Origin: Pelomyxa schiedti
Taxonomy: Eukaryota > Protista > Evosea
DNA length: 64,000 nucleotides
Assembly: GCA_020536535.1 (NCBI GenBank)
Contig: JAHLWZ010000761.1
Coordinates: forward strand, 1-64,000
Reading direction: 5' to 3'
A program made the position numbers and the translations under genes. This document shows, piece by piece, positions 11,995 through 21,644 of the stretch. Under the pieces are notes generated by a model, which searched no databases, was not told where the DNA came from, and saw nothing but the letters and a program-made list of their open reading frames with translations. Numbering within the stretch: position 1 is the stretch's first letter; every line of letters begins with the position of its first letter.

Positions 11995-12222
11995 AATTTA
12001 AATACACGGATTAAGATCTTTGTCAACTTCATTTCATTACAACACCGTAGTGCCGTTTGACACTTACCCTTCATTTTTTGACATGTGTCAAATATTCTAA
12101 AACTAGAATCCCGGGGATGTCTGTTTTGTTTTGTAGGGTGCCTCCAATGCTGCATTTCGCCTTTTTAATCACACACACATCACAATCTTGTAACAGCGTA
12201 CCAAGTTCGTGCTCTTTGGGCC

Positions 12223-14389
12223 ATGCATCCAACTTATGACGAGAAGAGACCAGGCGCAGGTGGTGTGGAGTTGGACTCACTGTTGCGGAACAAGACTCCT
12301 GCGGACAACGGTGCGGAAACGAAAAAGCAAAAGCGGAGGAGGATCATTGTGGCTGTTATTTCTTCGACTGTTGTTGTTTTGTCAGTGCTCACTGGTGTGG
12401 TTTCTTCCAAGCCCAAGGCCAACCTTCCTAACTCCTTTATGCTTTTTCCCCATCAAGTCATCCTCATCATTTTGTTCTTCACGATTCCAGGTCACATAGA
12501 ATAAGTCTCTTTTCTCCCATCAAACACATTTCCAGTGCAACTGACTGAAAGAATAAACGTCAGCAATATTGAGGCATCACTAGATACACTGCAATCAATT
12601 GCAGAAATATATGGCAATGCTCGTGACGATTTCTCTGGGTATGCTTGCATTTGAGGGGGCACATTTCAAGTTATTAGTGGGATTTTTACTCAGTTTCACC
12701 TCCAACCTATAGGGGCTACATGGCCTCTCTTGAGCACGTTTGGTCACGTTTGACGAAATACCAAGATAAACTCGAAATTTGGGAACAAAAATTCTTTTAC
12801 ACATGCTATCAAGTTATTCAGTGTAATGTCACTCTCGTTGAACCAGACTCTCTGGAATTTGTTTATGGGGAAGATTTCCTTGCAATGACTTGGAGTTCAT
12901 CTGGGCTCATAGAAAGAGCTAGCATCCACTCAGTTTCCTCATTTGGTTGTGAAGACATGGATTATCAACGTACTTCCTTTGACTGATAACCCAGCACTCA
13001 AAGACCAATTTCAGAAATGTCAAGTGGCTCCATTGCCATTATTCCTTCTGGAGGAAATTGTTCCTGGAATGAAAAAATTGGATTTGCCTGGAGGTTTCTT
13101 CAGCGTTGACTTTCAAAAGCTCAGTTTACTAGACATAATGCGTCAGCAGTAATTGGATACAATACGGAAGATCAAAGTGGTCCGCTCCGTGTTACCCTGG
13201 ATAGCAGTTCGATTTCCGCTATTCCCGCCGTTGGAGTGCCGTACAGTACGGGCGTTTTGCTGTCTGCCTCCGGACCAACTTCTAAGTTGCACCTTCAGGC
13301 ACGGTTGCTTCCCTTTGGTCATTCTTAATCGTTGCCAGTTGGACTCGGGCAACTATTTGGTGGGAACATCAAACTTGATGGCTCAAACAAAGAGCGTATG
13401 GACTCGTTCTGAGTTCATTTGGTCTTAATTAACACAGGGGGATGACCACAACATGATTATAGCTGGTGCCCACTTAGACTCTTATCGAGTTTGACTACTG
13501 TTCCCTTCATTTTCTCGAAAACAAACACAACTCCAGAATCCTGGAATCAATGATAATGGAAGTGGATCTATGACACTTCTGGAAATTGCAACTGCTGTGG
13601 CAGAGTCTCGGTTTGTAATCATCTATGTATCGGTCAGTTTTACATTGACAAGCACAGGACGATGGCTGGAAAATAAAATATTATTTGCGTGGTGGGCCGC
13701 GGAAGAGTTCGGACTGAAAGGCTCATCTGCTTACCTCGATGTAAGAAAATACTAGTTTTATAACCATCAAGCGTCAAATAGTCTTTGAATGAAACGCAAC
13801 GCGATTCCATCGCCTGCAACATAAATCTGGATATGCTTGCCAGCCCGAACTTTATCATTGGGGTCATGAATGGGTCGACTGCCTTTTCTACATCCGAAGT
13901 AAAATGTGGTTCGTCTAAAATAGAGGTACTTTCACATTTACTTTTTCCTTTCTCAATTGACATTCAGGAATATTATGTGGATTACTTTAAAGCCAACCTC
14001 ATTCCGTACGAAATAGAGCCCATGCATAATCAGTCTGACTTTGTGCCGTTCATTATGGCTGGGATACCTGCCAACGGTGCACAGGCTGGGTTTAGTTGAT
14101 ACCACAAGGTTCCAACCTTAACTGACCCCTACCCCAGCAACCAAAACGGTGGCCCAAAGGTTGATTTTCGGAGGGATTCCAAATGCTCTCGCCGACACCT
14201 GTGTGCATCAGTCCTGTGACACAAAAGACAACATCTCCCCACAGTCCCTCGGCTACCTTGGTATGTGGACAAACAACCTCAATCAACACCCAGCAAAACT
14301 AACAATCTCCTGCAGCACGAGCCAATGCCTATGTGATCCAGCGACTCGCTGAAAAAAAGAACCTCAAACAATACTTGGCCTGCGACTGA
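12223..14389 (+). CDS. M28A aminopeptidase with PA domain, type II membrane anchor; multi-exon
   Basis: IIAGAHLDS, PGINDNGSGS, FAWWAAEEFGLKGS, NINLDMLASPN, HQSCDT. TM segment follows KRRR near the N-terminus. Confidence 0.9.
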
Positions 14390-14530
14390 CTTTGTTGATT
14401 GGGCTGTTGCTTTGTTATTTATTTTCCAAAAAGACAAAGAGACCCAAACTGAGAGTTTTGTGTTTTCTTTGGGTTTTATTCACAACCACAGTCACAACAA
14501 CACAACAAGCCGAGGTAACAAAGTCTCCAC

Positions 14531-16826
14531 TCACACTCTCTTCTTGGGGCCATAATCAAGAACAGACAAACGCACACTACTGGAAAGAACAAGCCAGTCC
14601 TGGTCCAAGGCCGCACATGAGGGCACCCCCATCAGCCTGTTTATTGACTGCTCCCATGTTTCTGTGGGTTCCATGGGTGCCAAGTGTTCTTCCACTCCCC
14701 ACAATTTGCATCCAGTGTTTGCTGTAAAGTGTTGGTATGGCAGATAAAAAAAAAGGGAAGTAAGTGTGAGAGAAAAGGGAATGCACGAAACTGCAAGCGA
14801 GAATCTTTGTGGGGTCCACTGCTAAGTCGGATATAGTTTGCGTTGTTTCAATCTCTCTCACAGATCGCCATGTCCGCATATCCCACTGGAAGACACGACC
14901 AGCACCGTCACTAAACCAATGAATACAAGTGGATTAGAAAGGGGAAAACCTGCCCAAGACCAAGTCAGGGTAATTTGGACAAAGAGATAACTTTGTTACT
15001 GGGTCTCTCAGCTCTACAACAAAAAGAAAGTTAGGTGATGAATATGGTGAGTGGTGAGTTCTGCAGTATACCAACAACAGGGTGTATCGAGGGGTCTATG
15101 ATATCTCTGAAATCAATCAACTGTACAATTTATCAATTAAGGGGTGTAAGGGGTAAACTTGCATACCTGTAATGCATTTCCTGCACAAAGTGTACTTGCT
15201 GCTGATAAAGGAAGGAAAGCAGTAGTTGGATGAGGAAGACTAAGAGAACCAACTTTGCTTCCAGATTCAATTGACCACAACTAGTTTGTGTTGGAGCGAG
15301 GAATAGTTTGATGAAGAAAAAACTTGGTACTCAGAATTCGATAGGTTGGCTTGAATAGTGTTTCCCTCATAATGAACAAATGTCACTGCATGTTTTTCCG
15401 AACACTGGGAGATGTTAAGAAATGGAATCAGGATTAGATTTGACCTTCAGACTCCCAGAATATTCTGGAGAACAAGTTCCCCATGGCAAAGAGCATGTGA
15501 TTCCACCAGTGTTCCAAAGGGAAAGTGTGCCATCATGGTGACCAGAGACCTAAGACTGTAAACTTCTTTTATGTTAAAAAAGAAGGGCTATGGCCTCATG
15601 TACCACAATCGAATTGGCAAAGCATGCTGTGTGTGCTGGGCTGGTATAGCCCTAAATAATGTTAGGTAGACTAAGTCCATCAAAATTCATGCCTTCAAAA
15701 CTCTCAACACAGAAAATTGCTCCATGTCAAATAGCCTAATAGAGTTGGAGTGGATGGAAACAAGTGTAAGTTCCATTGGGTAGTAAGTGAGGCTTTGAGC
15801 CTCAAACGGAACAAGCTCAACAACGTTACATCTTGTATAGAGTTGGACAGTCTCGGAAATAAAGGAGTATTATTGTACCTCCCTCTTCTCCAGTTACACT
15901 GGGCAATATTTGCAGAAAGAACAGCTTTCTTCCAACTCATCGAATGTTTTGCTATCTGTTTTTTTGCTCTCTCTTGATAGAGGGGGGATTGCTGTAGATT
16001 GTACATGTCTGTAGTACGGTGTCCATAGCGTTCATTTAGGAGAGCTTAATTACACATGTAAAGAGGCTTCCAGACTGCGACATCATTTGAGCATGCAACC
16101 CGAAATCGTCTACACACTCGAGAGAAATTTTTGATGTCACTCAGGTTGAGCAGTAAAAAAATGAAGTGGAAAACCTGCTCGGTTTAAGCCCAAATTAAGA
16201 TAGGAATGCGTCACACGAGATCTGGAAGGTCCAAAACTGTGTATTCCCCTGGTCGTGGTTTTGGTCTTGTAGTTAGAGTAGTCATAGACGCTTCCACCGA
16301 GACCACTTGCTCGTCATCCACGAGGGCAATTTCCGTCGGACTAGGTAATACCATAAAACGTAACACTGAGCCAGAAGCAATGCATTTCCGCAGTTGATTC
16401 CCGCCCTTCAAAAGGGAAACATAAGAATAATGAATACGAGAGCTAACACATTCACATCTCGGATGTTAAAAAAAAAAAAAGATGGGTGCAGTGTCATAGA
16501 AATGTACCTTTATTATCTGACTGTTACACAGGATCTTCTGGTGTGTGGGCGTAACTCCCGAAGCAGCGGAAATGACTTCCCTCAGACGAACCAAGGTAGC
16601 AAACCACGTGGGTCCCACACGACACTCGATCATGTAGCTTCATTTTGTTTGAGCGATGAGATAGGGCGAGTGACATATGTGTTTGGGTTTTTTTTTTTTT
16701 TTGAGTTAGGCTAGTGAGATGCCATTTGTTTGTTTAACTGTTAACAGTAACATATTATTGGTAGCCATTGTGGGATCGCTACCTTGTTTTCCCGACGCGC
16801 ACTTCGGCATGAAAGGTGTCCGTCAT
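14531..16826 (-). CDS. Ubiquitin-like domain + F-box + WD40-repeat protein; multi-exon
   Basis: UBL: MTDTFHAEVRVGKT|SYMIEC...LREVISAASGVTPTHQKIL (intron 16638-16782, phase 2). F-box: LDLPDLV...FHFIFLLLNLSDIKNFSRVCRRF...VWKPLY. WD: VSGHHDGTLSLWN. End RLSVLDYGPKKRV*. Confidence 0.75.
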
Positions 16827-17172
16827 CGACAGCGCCAACGACTTCGACTTCAGATTTGCCAAGTTGTGCGGGGGTCCTCTGAAGATCCAACTCGTGGCGG
16901 TATTGGTTTCCTCGGCTTTGATTCCTCCTGCGAAATTTGAGAAGAACCCAGCGGCAGGCTTCCCTCCGAATGATGGGATGACAGCTGAGAGCCCCGTCCC
17001 TGTTGGCACCTCAGGCCCCTGTGAACATCCCTTGAACCGGCGGATCCAGATGCAATGCAGTTGCGCCTCGATTGAAGGAAAACATCAACCAATAAAATCG
17101 AAAACACTTTTTTTTTAAAAAAACCCCGCGACATAAACCCCTAACCAAACACACGAGATCTCGTGAGCGAAG

Positions 17173-17957
17173 ATGATGTCATTGTGCTACGCCTCTATTG
17201 CATCCCCCAGGTTCTCCCTTTGCTACCGTTCCCTGTCGGGTGCGTCATCTTTCCGGCCTATATTTTTATTTATTATTTCTTTTTTTTTTTGCCTTTTTAT
17301 TTGCAACCTTGCATGTGGTGTGTTGGTTTTGTAGTATGTGTTTTTTGTGTTTTTTTGGGGGGTCACTCACTGTTGGAATGTGAAGGCACTCGTTACACTA
17401 AGACTGACGAGTGGATCAAGGTGGACGGCGACAAGGGCGCTTACGGCATCACGGACCACGCACAACACGCTCTTGGTGACTTGGTCTTCGTCGAATTGCC
17501 CGCCAAGGGAGCAAAACTCGCTGCCAAGGTATTTTCACTGCGGTTTTATGGTCTCCCCTATGGAGGAACCAGCTTGTTCTCTTTTCGTTTATCTCACTTT
17601 ATTGTTCTAAGGCTACGGCAGGAACAGTAGAGAGCGTGAAAACCGTCAGTGAAGTTTTCGCCCCAATGACTGGTGAAGTTGTCGAGGTTTTTATACAGTA
17701 CCCTTTACATGTAATTTAAGTTTCGTTTTAGGTCAACACCGAACTCTCTTCCCAACCAACCATCATCAACAAGGATGCTGAAGGCCAGGGCTGGATTGCC
17801 AAACTCAAGGTTTGTTAACCTCCTTTCCACTCTGACTACTGCCTAAAATTAAAATTTTACTAACCCTTCAACACCTAAGCTCACCAAGCTCGATGAGTTC
17901 GAGTCCCTTCTCACTGAGGAACAATACAAGAAACACTGTGAAGAAAACCACCACTAA
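17173..17957 (+). CDS. GCSH: Glycine cleavage system H protein with N-terminal organellar presequence; multi-exon
   Basis: [13 protein letters not shown]...[19 protein letters not shown], lipoyl-lysine motif [34 protein letters not shown]. Confidence 0.97.
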
Positions 17958-18015
17958 ACACAATCAATCAATCAATAAATAAAGCCAGTACCGCACAGTC
18001 TGGTTTTTTCCCTCT

Positions 18016-20044
18016 TTATTTGTTTGCCTCTTTGTGAGTTTCTCTTTGTTCTTTACAAATGTAACAGTTAAGGGTTCTGGTTTGTCGACTTTCTGGGCTG
18101 CTTTGTGGGTTTTGTTGATTGGGTGGTTGTTGATTTTGTTGCTTTCCTCTTGGCTGGTGCAGCTGGAGATTTTTCTGCTTGTGCTGTTTGTCTTTCTTTT
18201 CTTTCTGTTTGGTACTTAGTATGTTGTAGGAGGAAAAAAAAGGGGGACTTACTTCCAGTGGCACTTTGTACTGCCCTAGCTTGAAGGACAAATACAGGAG
18301 TGCGGAGTGAGGTTCCAGGTTGTAGTTCAACAACAAGTGTTAGCGTAGTGTGTAAGTGATCTCTGTGAATTGTTGAGTAGTGTGGCAGGTAATAATAATA
18401 GTACCTGGAGGATGAGCAATTTGACTTGCATTCGTTGAAGACGTAGACGTGAGTAGGGATATTGTTACAGATTATCTTTTCGGGTTGAAAAGGAGATTGT
18501 GAAGAAGCGCCGATTGTTAGGAGTTTACGAGTTGGAGCACAGTGTAAGCATGATTCAATTTCTGAAAAATTCAATGCCATTTTCCGGCACAATTAAAATG
18601 GTTGAGTTGTACCTTCATTGGAGTTTTCTCTGTAACACTTAGCATTCAGTCCTGCAACAAGTACATCGTCAGAGGATAGTAAGAGTTGCTCCATGACTGG
18701 AACTGCAATTTTTATCATCATCTAGAATCTGGAGTCAGCCCACATATAGTGATTCTCACTTTATTATTTCTCACTTGATTATAAAACGAATTTGTACAAA
18801 GACAATAAATACGAAATTATTGTATCCTCAAGTCACACCTGAAATTTTTTATGTCTGAAAATCTTGTAAGTAGACAGGGATATTTCAAGCAACGGGGCAC
18901 TCCCCCCAGAGCTAGCAGAAGCAGATAGCATGTTAGAAGGGTACAACTGTGTAGGAGAGGGCATCTGGGTGGCCTGTTCCGTGAATGGCAACTGCACCGG
19001 AGGGGGGCTCACAACCGTCGGCATGGTTTGTTGTGTCTGCAGCTGGCTCTCCAGCAGTCCAGACAGCGGCAGCGAGAGAGGCAGGGACGGGAGCGACAGC
19101 TGGTTTTGTAGTGGCAGCTGCAGGTTCGGCAGGTTCGGGTTCAGCAGAAGCTGCAGCTGCAGCAGCATCAGCGCCTGCAGAGAATCCGGCTGCTGAATCT
19201 GCAGGGATTCATGGAGCGGAACCGGCAACGGCGGCGGAGGCGGAAGCAACTGCTGCTGCTGTTGCTGCTGCTGTTGATGATGGTGTGATGCCTGGGCCGA
19301 CGGCGCTTGCGGTTCCCGCTTGAGCGGCAGCGCCCCCGGGAATGGGAGCCCGGGCAGGGGGATCCCCTCCGAGTCGCCGCCGCCGCCGCCAACAATTCCC
19401 AGAGCGTGGGGGCCCGCCAGCTGCATCAGCGGGGGCAGGGCGAGGCTCGGCGGGGGGAAGCCCCGCCCGCCGCCGCAGGCCCCCTCCGCGTCGTCGTTGT
19501 CGTCTTCGTCGTCGTCGTCGTCGTCTTCGTAGTCTCCTTCGAGGTCGCCGCGCCCACCCCCAAACGCCGCCAGCTCCAATGGGTTGTGACTGTGCATGTG
19601 ACCGTGATTGTGGTCATTGCCCCCGCTGGCGACCCTGCCGCGGCCTGCCCGGCTCTCGGCCTCCTCCACATTGGAGCACTCAGGGGCACCAGATGCAGTG
19701 GTAGCGGCGGTGGTGGTAGTCGTCGTCGTCGTCGTCGTGCTAGTGCTGCCGCCCTCCCGCGGGGGCGTATTGACGTCGACTCCCTCGTCTTCGTGCCACC
19801 TCCTACTCACGTGATTGGCAGAGGCCCCCGTGGCGCCGGCCCCGTCGCCCGGGAGGCCAGCCGCAGGGGCGAGCTCGAGCACGGTACCCCCGGGTGCTGC
19901 TGCCGTCGCGTCCCCCTCCGCCCCCGTCCCCGTCCCCGCCGCTGCTCCTGCTCCCTCCGCGTCGCACGGCTCCTGGAGCGGCGCCGGGGAAAGCAACTCG
20001 GGAGTAACTGGTTGCTGCTGTTGGTGTGTGGGGGAGCAAGCCAT
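18016..20044 (-). CDS. CudA-like (amoebozoan) transcription factor with long Q/P/acidic low-complexity N-terminus; 3' end uncertain (~17980-18070)
   Basis: Spliced core LEISLSTYKIFRHKKFQ...SCLHCAPTRKLLTIGASSQSPF...YVFNECKSNCSSSR|DHLHTTLTLVVELQ...TPVFVLQAR resembles the CudA domain as I recall it; not confirmed by search. Confidence 0.6.
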
Positions 20045-20417
20045 GGAATTGCTATGGTACCCAGGGGGTGGTGCGTGGTTTGTGAGGGTTTTTTTTTTGC
20101 CTTTTGTTTCTTTTGGTTTCTTTTTTTTTTTTGGTTGGGGGTGATTAGCACTAACAACCAGGGCATTCGCCGGCTAAATGCAGCTTCCTGTTTTGTGCGT
20201 CCTGTAATTCCCATCTCGGGGTAATCCCCATGAGTCTCCTCTGAGTCTCTGACCTGAAAGCATTCTCCTGGGATTGGTGCGCCTCAGGAGCTGGGAGCCA
20301 CAACAAGGCAGAGATGCTTGTTTGCAGGCCGCAGTCTGGACCAACTTGGGACAGCGAAAGCCACAAAGGCTAAAAAACCTCCCCACCGTTTGTACTTGTA
20401 CTTGTTTAAACGAGAAA

Positions 20418-21516
20418 ATGCTGCGCATGTTTGTCACGGACGTTAACTTTGACCACATGACACTTGAGGCAGTGATCGAGGGACAAGCTCAAAGGCAAAT
20501 CTGCTTGTGTCTCGTCGGCTCCACGAGGAAATTCAAAATGAACGTATCCACGCCGACGCCTCTTCGCCCTTGTTTGGAACCTATCGTGCCCCCGTCGTGC
20601 TACGTCGCCGGGCCCTCGCCGTCCCATAATCCCGCTCTGCCGGCTGATATTGCTGTGGCTTGGTGCCACGAGACCCTGGACTCCTCGGCGGTCCCTCTTC
20701 TTCACCCTGGGATGCCGGAGCCAGCAGTCAATTTCGTGCGATGTGGCGGACTCTCCTTCTGGAGGGGACAGAGAATTGTGGGAGCAGTAACTATTTCGAA
20801 AGACAGTCTGAGGGGCCTGGGATTGGCGACTCTCTCTTTTGCTAGTACTACGTATCCAAAAACTTGGACTGAAGAGGGGTATCTTCAATTTTTTTTTTGG
20901 GGGGGGGGGGGGACACAACTTACCACGTTGAACTAATTTAATATTACTGTTCATACTATCAAACAAATATGCAATTGCTCAAGTGAGTAGGTTCTGCCAG
21001 CTTTTTGGAAGCGTGTTCAGGGATTTTGGAAACCCGAAAAGTATGCGCTGGGTACCCCCAAGCACCCAGCCCACATTCCCACTTGGAGGTTTTGCATTTA
21101 TCCTAAAAGTGGGAGTAATGTCCGCCTCTCCTCTTCTCAGCATACAGCCCGAACCTCAACTCCCCTCAGTTATAATAAAGTACGCAATACCCGCACATTC
21201 CTCATCACCAAATCATTTCACCTCCACTACAGTCACACCCACAACGCCGCACACAACACCAAGAACTTCAAACACTACCTCAAACAAAGCCAATACCACC
21301 GCTGCAACACCAGGACCGGTGGAAATCCTAGACACTAGCAGCATTCCCATCAACCCAGAGCACATCCTGCTGTGCACAACATGCCACCAAAACGCACGCA
21401 GTGTAGTGCTCATGCCTTGCATGCACATCCTCACATGCAGAGACTGTTCTTCATCACTAACCACATGTCCCGTTGACGCCCTCCTCATACAAAGGAAGCT
21501 CTGTATTTGTCCATAG
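20418..21516 (+). CDS. C-terminal IAP/MGRN-type RING finger protein (putative E3 ligase) with unrecognised N-terminal domain
   Basis: CTTCHQNARSVVLMPCMHILTCRDCSSSLTTCPVD at the C-terminus. Phase-2 intron joins ORFs 20274..20936 and 20983..21516. True start may lie upstream. Confidence 0.75.
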
Positions 21517-21644
21517 TAACAACCAAAAAGCCATGCACCTCCCAAATTTGATTCTCCGATTCGAAAAAAGATCTTCATCACCAAGTTTTTGTTCTCATAA
21601 CGTTTTCCAACAGACACACAGCGAAACGCACACAGCCGAGGGAC

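Noticed and set aside
16700-16768. ATG 16768 (MATNNMLLLTVKQTNG) as start of the UBL gene
   Set aside because: No phase-compatible donor; it lies inside the 16638-16782 intron of a better model starting at 16826.
17152-17165. Perfect 14-bp palindrome CACGAGATCTCGTG just upstream of the GCSH ATG
   Set aside because: Several 14-bp palindromes are expected by chance in 64 kb; no second instance in another promoter.
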